Virus record (IMG/VR): IMGVR_UViG_3300036768_000707
Coordinates: 1 to 59,314 of that record
DNA length: 59,314 nucleotides
Reading direction: 5' to 3' (one strand)
DNA from: a virus
Taxonomy: Duplodnaviria; Caudoviricetes
Program-made: the position numbers and the translations under genes
The notes under the pieces: model-generated
Told to the model about the DNA's origin: nothing
The model's database searches: none
What the model saw: the letters and a program-made list of their open reading frames with translations, nothing else
In this document: in pieces, positions 34,253-43,398 of the stretch
Position numbering within the stretch: position 1 is the first letter of the stretch
Layout of the letters: each line of letters starts with the position of its first letter

Positions 34253-35239
34253 TCAGCTCCCAATGACCTTAGCACGCATTGTCAGCGCCATAAACTCTGC
34301 GCGCAACGACTGGTTAGATCTGAACTCACCAGACATGGACGACGTCACCGTCTCCGAACCGAACGCGCGCGGGCCTCGGATGATCATGCACGTGTGCACA
34401 GCGGACATGACGACAGCGACATCTGGACACTCGGAGGTTTCGCCGACTGCCTGAGCGACGCGCCTGTTGATGCGCGCGCAGAGGTCTTCTTGCATCGAGA
34501 GAGATGACGCCTCCTGCACGACAATGCGTGGGATCTTCGACAGACCCAGCACCTCCCCTTTGGCGAGATAGCCGACATGCACTGTGCCGATGTAGGGCAG
34601 CAGGTGATGTGCACACATCGAGAACACAGGGATGTCACGGACGACGATGAGGTCCGAGGTGTCACACGCAAACCGCGTCTCGCGGATCGGCGCTTCTCGG
34701 CATGTGCGCCACTCGTCGTAGAACGCGAGCACACGCCTCGGCGTCTCGATAAGATCCGGATGTGCTGGATCTCCCCCAGCATACTCGATGAGTCTGCGGA
34801 CAGCATCTTCGGGGGAAGAGTCGAAAGGCTGCTCCCACGGAAACTCGATCCATACATCCGACGCCGAACGCGGCGAGAACGCATACATGAGGTCGAACGA
34901 TGATAACACTTCTGAGCGATGACACAGGGCGAGGACGCCGGTTGGTGTCAGGCCGTATGACGCGATCCTGTCGAGCGCCCTCCGCACCGTCTCCCCTGAC
35001 ACTACGATGTCGTCAACGACCCAGATCGGGCCTCGCGTCTTCTCCGTCACCTCATCGAGAGGCACGACGTCGACCGAGAGTCTCGACGGGCGCACAGAAG
35101 CGAGCGCGAGGGCGGCAGCAACGCCCCCTCTCGGAATGCCGACGAGTGTGCGCGGCAGGTCTTTCACCTCGCATGTCGCGCGCAGCGTATCCCAGATCTC
35201 ACGGCAAAGATCCTGGATGTCGCTCATCGTCAGCTTCAT
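34253..35239 (-). CDS. folE: Phosphoribosyltransferase - GTP cyclohydrolase I fusion
   Basis: N-term LVGIPRGG, VVDDIVVSGET, WIEFPWE (type I PRTase); C-term ETPRRV, SMCAHHLLPY.G, GLSKIPR, QEDL, HTCMIIRG (FolE). Confidence 0.9.
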   Translation of the reverse strand: MKLTMSDIQDLCREIWDTLRATCEVKDLPRTLVGIPRGGVAAALALASVRPSRLSVDVVPLDEVTEKTRGPIWVVDDIVVSGETVRRALDRIASYGLTPTGVLALCHRSEVLSSFDLMYAFSPRSASDVWIEFPWEQPFDSSPEDAVRRLIEYAGGDPAHPDLIETPRRVLAFYDEWRTCREAPIRETRFACDTSDLIVVRDIPVFSMCAHHLLPYIGTVHVGYLAKGEVLGLSKIPRIVVQEASSLSMQEDLCARINRRVAQAVGETSECPDVAVVMSAVHTCMIIRGPRAFGSETVTSSMSGEFRSNQSLRAEFMALTMRAKVIGS

Positions 35240-35430
35240 CGCGCCAGCTCCTCGCTCGCGGGCGCTTGCGCTGCAGATCCGGAGTGCGAGTGGCGAAGGA
35301 AGCACTCGGGGCAGTACGTGACGTCGCTCATCTCGCTGCACCAGCACGTATGCGCATCCTCCAGAAGCAGCAGCTCTTCACACACCGAACACTTCGCCCG
35401 CCAGCCTTCGCTCGTTGCATAGACCTTCAT
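35236..35430 (-). CDS. Small zinc-binding protein
   Basis: CSVC...CWC...CPEC; GGAGGTG SD; ATGA overlap. Confidence 0.55.
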   Translation of the reverse strand: MKVYATSEGWRAKCSVCEELLLLEDAHTCWCSEMSDVTYCPECFLRHSHSGSAAQAPASEELAR

Positions 35431-35612
35431 GTCACCTCCAGCTGCTCTAGAAACTACCTGTCCTACCGCCCGCAAGCGCCCTTCCCGAGCGGAAAAGTGT
35501 CGAGGGCGGGGAAAGACATAGGGGAGAGGGAAAAGCTGGCGAAAAGCCCGCTTGTGCGGCGTCTGCCGCCATCTTACGTATGCGCCCGCGTGCCAGAATG
35601 CATGAGTCCATG

Positions 35613-36350
35613 TCAGACGCCCATCCGATGGCCATACGCGAGCGTGTGAAGCTGAGGGAGTACGGCGACGTCGAGCTGTCTTGCGCGCACGAACTCGACG
35701 AGCCGGACGTAGCGGTCGAGCAGTGTCTCGCGCGTGTCATCCAGCCGTGTCAGGCAGGAGAAGCAGATGTCGAGTTCGAGGTCCGGCTGGTTGCCGTACA
35801 CGACGTACAAGCCCTCCGCGAAGTCTCTGTCCGCGCGCGAGTCGGGGTCAACAACGATCTTCAGCCCGACCGGCACGGACGTACGCGTGCACGCCTCGAA
35901 GTACCGCTCGAGCGTCTGCCGGCGCCTCGGCGTCCAAGGGGAGCCCGCCGACGGGGGCTTCGGCGAGAGCGTGATGTAGTCGCAGAGCAGGACCCAGGAG
36001 CGGTATACGGTCGCTTGCGTCTCGACCGTGACCGCGTGCCCGCGTGACCGTAGCTCTAAGACGAGCTCCGAGAGGTCGTGCAGCAGCGGATTGCCGCCGC
36101 TCAGCGTAACCCAGCGCACGTATGCGAGTTGCGCATGCTCTCGCAGAATCTCCTCCGTCGTCAGGTTCCGCCACTCGCTCCTGTAGCGAGGGTCAACGGA
36201 GGTCAGCGTGTCACACCACCTGCACCAGCCGCCTTCCCCTGCGCCGTCGCAGAAGCCGAACCGGATGAACGTCGTCTGCTGGCCGATGAGCTTGCCCTCT
36301 CCAGCGACGACTGGGCCATACAACTCCGAGATGGGGAAGCGTCCGTTCAT
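35613..36350 (-). CDS. queE: 7-carboxy-7-deazaguanine synthase (radical SAM)
   Basis: ISELYGPVVAGEG..IG...FIRFGFC...CRWCDT, VTLSGGNPL, VETQ, TLSPKPPS, LPQLH. Confidence 0.92.
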   Translation of the reverse strand: MNGRFPISELYGPVVAGEGKLIGQQTTFIRFGFCDGAGEGGWCRWCDTLTSVDPRYRSEWRNLTTEEILREHAQLAYVRWVTLSGGNPLLHDLSELVLELRSRGHAVTVETQATVYRSWVLLCDYITLSPKPPSAGSPWTPRRRQTLERYFEACTRTSVPVGLKIVVDPDSRADRDFAEGLYVVYGNQPDLELDICFSCLTRLDDTRETLLDRYVRLVEFVRARQLDVAVLPQLHTLAYGHRMGV

Positions 36351-36757
36351 CGTGCGAACTCGGCCCAGCACTTCGCCGTCTCGTACACGCGCACACGCGA
36401 CACAGGCAGGCGCGCGTGCTCGCACGCCTGGAACAGGAAGCGAGCGAGGCGCTCAGCTGTCGGCACACGCGCGTCGCTCACGTCGTCCTCCGTGCCAGAC
36501 GTCCGTACGAGCTGCTCCAGCGTCTCGTTGAGGTCGAAGTGGTCGAGGTACTGCTCGAGCAGGGGCTTGACCACGCGGTCGATATGCGCGAAGTCGAGCA
36601 CCATGCCCGTCTGCGGCCCCGACGCCTGGAGCTCGTCCTGCATGAGCTCGATGTCCGCTCGGTAAGAGTGGCCATGCGGCCTTCGGCACTTACCGTCATG
36701 CTCTGGCAGGTGGTGCGCTGCCTCGAACGTGTACTGCTTGCAGATCCGGTACGGCAT
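36347..36757 (-). CDS. queD: 6-carboxy-5,6,7,8-tetrahydropterin synthase
   Basis: FEAAHHL...GKCRRPHGHSY, GMVLDF, LDHFDLN, PTAE, VYET. Confidence 0.95.
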   Translation of the reverse strand: MPYRICKQYTFEAAHHLPEHDGKCRRPHGHSYRADIELMQDELQASGPQTGMVLDFAHIDRVVKPLLEQYLDHFDLNETLEQLVRTSGTEDDVSDARVPTAERLARFLFQACEHARLPVSRVRVYETAKCWAEFAR

Positions 36758-36919
36758 ACGCTGTCTCCTCTTCGCTTCACTCGCCAGGCTGCTGGCCGGG
36801 CTGCTGCTGGCCGGGCCAGCTCCGTATTCTTTCTTTCTCCTTCTCCTGACGACCTCCTTCCTCAAGCAAGGCGCTTTGCTGGTTCAGCGCGCGCGCGAAG
36901 CGCGCGCTGAGCTTGTGTG

Positions 36920-37200
36920 GAGTTGTGATGGTCTTTTAGGAGGACAAACCCCTTATCAAGACCTTGATCGCTGATCATCCCCCTAGGGCTCATACCCCCT
37001 ATATATACTTCAAGTACCTTATTCCAATGTTCCAAAGTTCCACATTACATTCATATTAGTAGTAATTAGTGTGACCTTTTGGTAATAGTAGTAGCAGTTG
37101 TGACAGTAGTAGTAAATAGAAGTAATGGCGGCTGTGGACTTTTGGACCTTTCTGGGCACTATCTCTCGAGAAAGCCCTCTTTCGAGACCCGGCCAGGGGA
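36920..37200. other. AT-rich non-coding region, candidate replication origin
   Basis: Sharp AT enrichment; TTCCA(A/C) at 37022, 37030, 37038; TAGTAGTA repeats; directly downstream of the primase-helicase gene. Confidence 0.5.
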
Positions 37201-37258
37201 CGGTCGCTTGGGGTCTGAGCGCCGCTGGCGCGGCCAGATGTAGGCGAGTGCGGAGGGC

Positions 37259-40120
37259 TCATGCTACCACTCCGGCCTGTCCAGCCTGTCCCTGTCCGTC
37301 CTGCTGACCATGCTCGTCCGGCGCATACACGAGCGTCAACGGCACCCAGACGCCGTTGACCTGAGGGACAGCGCCCGAAGAGGTTAGCGGGCGGGCTTTG
37401 ACGCGCACCTTCGCTTCCCTCTCGCCTCCGTACTTCATCGCCTCGCCGACGAAGCTCCTCCAGGAGAAGCCGACCTCCTCGCCGTTCGCGCGCAGATGGC
37501 GTTTGAACCACTCGTACGTCGTCTCGCGTGTCAGGAACACGCACTGCTGCTCCTCCTGCATTGGGCCGAACGGCCTCAGCCCCCAGTACGCAACCACCTC
37601 CGTCTTCGGCCCCGTTGGCCCCTGAGGTATGTTCTGCCTGTCAGGCGCCGGGCCGTCGATCGGGATGATCGCCGCCGCCCCGCGCGTGATCCCCTGTGCG
37701 ATCGCGTTCATCAGCTGGTGGAAGCTATCGGACTCCACGACCTCGCGCGCTAGCTCCTCAGCAACCGTCTTGAGCGACGAGAACGCTTCGAGCTGCCACC
37801 TCCGGATCTGCAGCGCAGCTGTGTCGCCGAACACTTCGGACACGAACTCATGCACGATGTCAGCAGTCGTCATGAGGTTGGCGATCGTCGCTGGAAACCG
37901 CATGTGCATCGCCGCCATGTCGGACGCACGCAACTTCTCCGTCCAGCTCGTGCGGAGGTGCTCAACCTTGGTCTTGTCGTGGATCTCGTCCTTCCCCGCA
38001 AGCCAGCTCAGATAGGCACCACCGAACAGCTGGAGCTTGCCCTCGTTCACCATCTGCTGCACGCGCGAGAGTGCGTCAGGGGAGATCTCCCCTCGGTCGA
38101 CATGCAGCACGAGCGTTCGCGCGGTCGCCGATGACTCTTTCTCCCAGACGTCTTCTCCCGTCGAGATGATCATGCCGCGCGGCATTGCAGGATCTCGCAC
38201 CTCTTGCTCCGTGTTCATCCGGAGCCGCGTCGTGCCATCGGCGTACGACTGGACGAAGCGGATGATCGAGCTTTTCTTGTCGGCGAATGACGTCTTGTAG
38301 TCGTCGATGAGCACAGGCAGGTCTTTGAGCACGTGCATAATCTTGCCGAGAGCGTTAGTCGTCGAGGTCCACGAAGCGGGAGCGGACGCTTTCTCCCCGA
38401 ACGTGCCGAACAGGGAGATCGCGCAGAGCGCGAACGACGTCTTCAACGCACCTGTCTGACCATGGATATGCACGAGCGGTGGGTTGATATGCATGCCGCA
38501 TGACGCGAGCGGAGCGGACAGCACCTGCAGCACCACGGGCACAGTGATGCGCAGTGCGCCGCACTCGATGAGAGCGCAGAATGCGTCCCATGCCGCCTGA
38601 TGCTCAGCATCCGTCACGGGCGGACGCACACCCTGGCCATACGGCTGAAGGTTCTCGCGCAAGATCGTCTGTGTCTCATCTAGCTGATCACGATCGATCC
38701 GGATCGACACATCGATGCCATGCGCCGAGATGCCGCCCGCCGCCCCGGGCATCAAGAACACGCGTTCGAGCCCATGATCCATCCACCCCGTCTGTGCAGG
38801 AACTCGGCGGATCGCCGTTGACGTGGAAAATTGCTGCATCGCTGCGAGCAGATGCTTGCTCTTGTTCGCCATGACGACGTACTCGGAAGAGCAGTTCCGG
38901 TGGATCGCTGTCTCAATGCGATGCTGAGCGAGGTCGCGTTCGCGGAGCAGGAACTCGGTCGACCGACCATTGCCGAGCGTGCACCGGACGAGCCATGACC
39001 GCTTCAGCTCTGTGCCATCATCGATCTGGTTATCAGCGATGATCTCCGGCTTGAAGTTGCAGATGATGTCGTAGGGCGAAAGCTCCCTGTTCTTCGACGG
39101 CCGGATGTACGTCACGCCGAGCTGCTCGTCCCAGATGTAGAGCTGCGGAACCGTTGGCTGCGGGCTTGCATGTGCGTGAACGTGTTGCGCGCCTTCGTCC
39201 GGCAACAGCTTCGATGCGATCCGCCAGTACTCGACATCGTGCCCGCGGTAGCGGTGACCAAACGCCGTGATATCCGCCTGCTTGACGATCCCCGCGACCT
39301 GCGCGCGCGTCAGCGGATACTGCGTCTCAGCGGCTGCTGCAACAAGGTCTGACCCGATCTTGTACAGCTTGCCAGACTTGTCATGCTCCTCCCTCAGGTC
39401 GAGCTGCCCCGACAGGACCTGTCGGACGTACGCTAACCGGCGGGAGAAGCGCAGTTCCTCAGGGACGCGCAAAGGGACGACTTCCTCCTCTTCCTGCGGC
39501 TGAGGGCTCGCTGACGAGCGCACAGAAGCAACTGTGACGTTGATGTAGCTCAGCAGTGTAGCGACATACTGCTCAGGGTCAGCTGTCGTCTCCATCTGCA
39601 GGTCATACGACGTCCTCTTGAGCCACGTGTACTGGCGCACGAGATGCCGCGAGGGAGGGACTACGACATACTGGCCATCTCCCCGGACGCCACCGAGCTT
39701 CTTGCCGTCAACCGTCACGACATCGAACGGCGGGTGAGGGACTGTCGACCGGAACCAGATATGACAGCCCCGCCCCGACCGCGTGATCGCCGTCTCATCA
39801 GCGAGATTGAGCGTCGCATCGCACAACGCGGCTGCTGTGTCTGCGTCATCAACATCGAAGGCGTAGACTCTACCTGAGATCTCACCGAGAGCGATGCCGA
39901 TATTGAGATTCTCCTCCGCCGCCCAGCTCAAGATTGTTGCTGGATCCGTTGTCGCAGAAAGTACTCCATGCGGAGCGTGTTTCGGATGTGGGTGCTTCCC
40001 CGGAGATTTGCACTGTGGTCGTCCACACTCACATCCTGCATCTGTCACGCCGTAACAGGGGAGTACAGCAAATCCTTGGGCGGCGTATGCGAGCGCTGCG
40101 TCGATGACGTTATGGTCCAT
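37259..40120 (-). CDS. Bifunctional primase-polymerase with C-terminal DUF927-like helicase
   Basis: AALAYA..GFAVLPC, GKHP, ATTDP, NIGI, FDVDD, SGRGCHIWF, RGDGQYVVVPPS; Walker-like GQTGALKT and VLIDDY. Confidence 0.88.
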   Translation of the reverse strand: MDHNVIDAALAYAAQGFAVLPCYGVTDAGCECGRPQCKSPGKHPHPKHAPHGVLSATTDPATILSWAAEENLNIGIALGEISGRVYAFDVDDADTAAALCDATLNLADETAITRSGRGCHIWFRSTVPHPPFDVVTVDGKKLGGVRGDGQYVVVPPSRHLVRQYTWLKRTSYDLQMETTADPEQYVATLLSYINVTVASVRSSASPQPQEEEEVVPLRVPEELRFSRRLAYVRQVLSGQLDLREEHDKSGKLYKIGSDLVAAAAETQYPLTRAQVAGIVKQADITAFGHRYRGHDVEYWRIASKLLPDEGAQHVHAHASPQPTVPQLYIWDEQLGVTYIRPSKNRELSPYDIICNFKPEIIADNQIDDGTELKRSWLVRCTLGNGRSTEFLLRERDLAQHRIETAIHRNCSSEYVVMANKSKHLLAAMQQFSTSTAIRRVPAQTGWMDHGLERVFLMPGAAGGISAHGIDVSIRIDRDQLDETQTILRENLQPYGQGVRPPVTDAEHQAAWDAFCALIECGALRITVPVVLQVLSAPLASCGMHINPPLVHIHGQTGALKTSFALCAISLFGTFGEKASAPASWTSTTNALGKIMHVLKDLPVLIDDYKTSFADKKSSIIRFVQSYADGTTRLRMNTEQEVRDPAMPRGMIISTGEDVWEKESSATARTLVLHVDRGEISPDALSRVQQMVNEGKLQLFGGAYLSWLAGKDEIHDKTKVEHLRTSWTEKLRASDMAAMHMRFPATIANLMTTADIVHEFVSEVFGDTAALQIRRWQLEAFSSLKTVAEELAREVVESDSFHQLMNAIAQGITRGAAAIIPIDGPAPDRQNIPQGPTGPKTEVVAYWGLRPFGPMQEEQQCVFLTRETTYEWFKRHLRANGEEVGFSWRSFVGEAMKYGGEREAKVRVKARPLTSSGAVPQVNGVWVPLTLVYAPDEHGQQDGQGQAGQAGVVA

Positions 40121-40415
40121 GTAACGTCTCCTTCAACGCTGTCACAGCTGCTGCAAGAGCAATAGTCTGCAGTTCGGTCAGATCATGCAGCTCCCATTTT
40201 CCATCTCTGACTGTGACGTACGGTTCACACCCGAGTTGGATGATGACATGCTCAAACCAGTCTTGACCGATCGCTTTTCCATTTCTGATGAGTAGTTCGT
40301 AGGCTTTCTCTAGTCTTTCAGGTCTGACGTCTGACCAGGACGGGTCGCGCGTCTCAGGACTCGTTGGTTCATGCAGTAGTGTCATTCCACTTCCCTTCGG
40401 AATCGACAAAGCCAT
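40110..40415 (-). CDS. Hypothetical protein
   Basis: ORF bridging the VRR-NUC and primase genes. Confidence 0.45.
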   Translation of the reverse strand: MALSIPKGSGMTLLHEPTSPETRDPSWSDVRPERLEKAYELLIRNGKAIGQDWFEHVIIQLGCEPYVTVRDGKWELHDLTELQTIALAAAVTALKETLHGP

Positions 40416-40749
40416 GCCCTACGGAACAGGCAGTTCCAGTCAGTGGTGCGAAGCACGCGCGACATACATCTGGAAACGCAGCGAGCATCTCTTCGACTTG
40501 ATCTACAGAATCCATGACACCCGCATACGCGCCTGCCGCGCGCAGTTCTCGCTGGACGCGCGCCTGAATTGCTGTGCTACGTTTTCCACGTGCTTTCACC
40601 TCAATCCAGACTGCGCGTCCAGCGATCACGCACGCGACGTCCGGAAGACCCCTGCGCTGCATCGGACCTCCATGCAGTTTTTCGGCGAAGTGGCCATGCG
40701 CGCGCAGCCGCGCAATGATAGCGCGTTCGATGCGTTTCTCCGGACCCAC
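40369..40749 (-). CDS. VRR-NUC / Holliday junction resolvase-like nuclease
   Basis: EKRIE, GLPDV, WIEVKA...TAIQ. Confidence 0.85.
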   Translation of the reverse strand: MGPEKRIERAIIARLRAHGHFAEKLHGGPMQRRGLPDVACVIAGRAVWIEVKARGKRSTAIQARVQRELRAAGAYAGVMDSVDQVEEMLAAFPDVCRACFAPLTGTACSVGHGFVDSEGKWNDTTA

Positions 40750-40758
40750 GTTCTTTCT

Positions 40759-41349
40759 CTAGTCTTCGAAGAGCTCCTCCAGCCCTGCCGCGATCTCCGC
40801 CTCGGTCTGTTCGACGGAGGCAGCAGGCGCGGACTCGACCTTCGGCGCTTCCTGTTTGACCGTCTGCGCGTCCGTCTTGGTCACGTTCTCGATCTCCGGA
40901 AGTGCAGCCTGCTTCTGCGGGCGCAAGAAGGCGACGACCGTCGAGACGGTGCGTTCCTTGAACCGACCGTCTTCCGATGCGGGGCGCACATCGTCCGCGA
41001 CCTCGAGCAACAACTTCTTCCCGATGAGCTGGTCGAAGTCGATCGACACGCGCCCGGTGAGCGGTTTGAACCCGAGAGCAACGAGCATCGCGTGCAGGCG
41101 CTGCTTCGGGAACAGCGAGTCGTTCGGGTCGCGCGGCATCGTGAACCGCTCGACGAGCCTCTTGCCTGCGTACTCGCCTGCCACGATCGAGAAGGTGAAG
41201 GTGAACATCTGCTTGCCGGAGCGCGCGTTGCCGTCTTCGTATCTCTCGACCTTCGCGAGATACGTGCCCGGCGGCACGTAGTCCGCGCGCCCCGCCCCGG
41301 CTTCGACCGGGGGAGCGCCGGTGAAGTCGATGGTGACTGGATGAGCCAT
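40759..41349 (-). CDS. DUF669-like ssDNA-binding protein
   Basis: VPPGTYLAKV...SGKQM...FSIVAGEYAGKRL; acidic C-terminus. Confidence 0.75.
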   Translation of the reverse strand: MAHPVTIDFTGAPPVEAGAGRADYVPPGTYLAKVERYEDGNARSGKQMFTFTFSIVAGEYAGKRLVERFTMPRDPNDSLFPKQRLHAMLVALGFKPLTGRVSIDFDQLIGKKLLLEVADDVRPASEDGRFKERTVSTVVAFLRPQKQAALPEIENVTKTDAQTVKQEAPKVESAPAASVEQTEAEIAAGLEELFED

Positions 41350-41380
41350 TCTGTGATTACCTCCTGTGTGATGGTTGTTA

Positions 41381-42220
41381 CTACTCTTCCGCTAGCACAG
41401 TGAATGCGGTTTCGTCGTACGCCTTCGGCGGCGTCGATGACGCCCCGAGGAGGTACGCGAAGATCTGCCCCAGGTCTGGATCGTCGATGATAGGCGGCAC
41501 AGGACGCGAGGGCAGGGCGCGCGCCTTCGTCACGTATTCCGGATGCGTCCCGACGCGCAGAAGACGCTTCGGCTGATCTTGACCAATCACCTCCTCTGTG
41601 TACAACCTGCCTACTAAGTACATCGGTGGAATCAGCGACGAGAGCGCCGCAGGGGAAACATCTGGTTGTGTGATGCGATCGCCGCCTTCTACATCTCCGC
41701 GCCTCCGTTCTTGTGCCGTGAAGATCACGTGCATCCGCAGCAGCCGGAACTGGAACACGATCTCTTCCATCAAGTTCCCAACTTTGCCCCAGTCCTGTTG
41801 CGTCAGGACCGCGGGGTCATGATCGAGAGGCCGCTCTTTGACCGTCTTCCGTTTGGCGAGATTCTGCGCGCCAGTGAGCGAATCGAGAGCGACCCACTTG
41901 TACTCGCGCTTATTCGGCCTTAGAATGGTCGCGAACAGCTCTTCGAACTGCTCCCAGCGAGTAATTTGGATGATGTCGATCTTGTCCTCCCATTCCGAGA
42001 GGACGTGTGTGCCTCCCTCGATCTGAGGAATATCGACGACTAACCCCTTTCCAGGCATCGTGTGCAGCAGCGTTGTCTTCCCGACACCTCCACGGCCGTA
42101 GATGCAGGCCGCGATCCTCGTCAAGTTTCCAGACGGCTTTCTGATGCGTGATTCAAGCGATCCAGATTCTTCAGGTGAAGAGGGCGGCGAAGTCTTCTTC
42201 GTCATCTGTCCTGCGTTCAT
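41381..42220 (-). CDS. AAA_24 / Sak4-like recombination ATPase
   Basis: IYGRGGVGKTT, VALDSLT, QQDWG, VIFTAQE. Confidence 0.85.
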   Translation of the reverse strand: MNAGQMTKKTSPPSSPEESGSLESRIRKPSGNLTRIAACIYGRGGVGKTTLLHTMPGKGLVVDIPQIEGGTHVLSEWEDKIDIIQITRWEQFEELFATILRPNKREYKWVALDSLTGAQNLAKRKTVKERPLDHDPAVLTQQDWGKVGNLMEEIVFQFRLLRMHVIFTAQERRRGDVEGGDRITQPDVSPAALSSLIPPMYLVGRLYTEEVIGQDQPKRLLRVGTHPEYVTKARALPSRPVPPIIDDPDLGQIFAYLLGASSTPPKAYDETAFTVLAEE

Positions 42221-43256
42221 ACCTGTTCGACTCCTTCCTGGTAAAGAGCTGACGCTCGAGAGGCGCAACTTCTCCGCCTGTGATCACAGCCTCACACAGG
42301 CGCGCGTACGGGCAGTAGTCGCAGTGCGTGCCGATCGACCGCACAGGGTCGGAATGCGCGAGTTCGGGGAGAGCGGTCACGATCTCTCTTGCTGACGTGA
42401 TGAAGTCGCGCAGTAAGATCCCCTCATCGGAGACGATGGGCACAGCCATGCGCGGATAGAACATGCGCTCTTCGCGTCCTTCGAGCAGCACGCGCATATC
42501 TTCGTAGTCTTCAGGATCGAGCCCGAGCTTCAGAATCTCTTCGTAGTAGACGGCCCAAGTCGTGTCGAGGTTCTTGCGGCGACTGAGCTCTCCGGTCTTC
42601 AACTGCTCTGGGACGCTCGGGGGCTTCGTCCTCAGGTAGTTCCAGATGACCAGATCGACGCGCGGGACCGTTTCCGAAAAGACCTGCTCCGCGACCGCTT
42701 TGTAGAGTGTCGTCTGCAGGTCGCGGAGTCTGCGCATCGTGCGCGGGATAGACCTGACGGTCTTATGCTCCCACAAAGCAATATTGCCGTCGCGATCGCG
42801 TGTCACGAGATCAATCGTGCCAACCGTGTTCACGCCGGGAATGAGTGGATAGCTGAACGGCTCTTCGACCAGCAGCACGGCGAATGAGCTTGCGTCCGCG
42901 TGCCCGCGCACGACGAAGTACCGAGATGCGATCCTCACGATCTCGTCCCACATCGCGCCATACGTATCTCCGAGTTCGACATCGGACAAGGCGTATGCTG
43001 CATCGCGCGCGAGCTCTAGCTCCGACCGCCACTTCGCCTCAATGTCCGCGAGAGACGCAGCGTGCGCCGCTCTTGGGTGCATCGCACCCTGAAGCCGCTT
43101 GTAGTAGAGCTCGAGATACTCGTGCAGAATCTCCCCCAGAGAAAGCTGAGGCCCTTTGAACTTCGGGCGCAGCTTCTCGACGTATGCGTACGCATACTTC
43201 TTTCTGCATTCTCTCCAGGTGGAGATCGCAGAATAGGAAAGCGTGAGTTGTGTCAC
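42171..43256 (-). CDS. PD-(D/E)XK (RecB/Cas4-like) exonuclease
   Basis: LSYSAI..WREC, GEILHEYLE, GTIDLV, WEHKT, HCDYCPYARLC. Confidence 0.88.
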   Translation of the reverse strand: MTQLTLSYSAISTWRECRKKYAYAYVEKLRPKFKGPQLSLGEILHEYLELYYKRLQGAMHPRAAHAASLADIEAKWRSELELARDAAYALSDVELGDTYGAMWDEIVRIASRYFVVRGHADASSFAVLLVEEPFSYPLIPGVNTVGTIDLVTRDRDGNIALWEHKTVRSIPRTMRRLRDLQTTLYKAVAEQVFSETVPRVDLVIWNYLRTKPPSVPEQLKTGELSRRKNLDTTWAVYYEEILKLGLDPEDYEDMRVLLEGREERMFYPRMAVPIVSDEGILLRDFITSAREIVTALPELAHSDPVRSIGTHCDYCPYARLCEAVITGGEVAPLERQLFTRKESNRYERRTDDEEDFAALFT

Positions 43257-43365
43257 GACGTATTCAGTTCATCACCTCGTGTCCGCCTCGTCGTATCTAT
43301 ACGATGCTAGCGGTGAGGCGATGCCTTCGGTACATGCGCGCGTCCCGCGCAAACTGTCTGCGAGC

Positions 43366-43395
43366 AGGATAACACAGAACGAGCCATCGTGTCAA
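43366..43395 (-). promoter_or_regulatory. Putative promoter (no operator)
   Basis: TTGACA-N18-TATCCT with extended -10 TG. Confidence 0.45.
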
Positions 43396-43398
43396 CCC

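Noticed and set aside
35431-35612. preQ1 riboswitch or structured RNA between queE and the folE operon
   Set aside because: Purine/pyrimidine-skewed with small hairpins but no recognisable riboswitch consensus; an Rfam/Infernal scan would be needed
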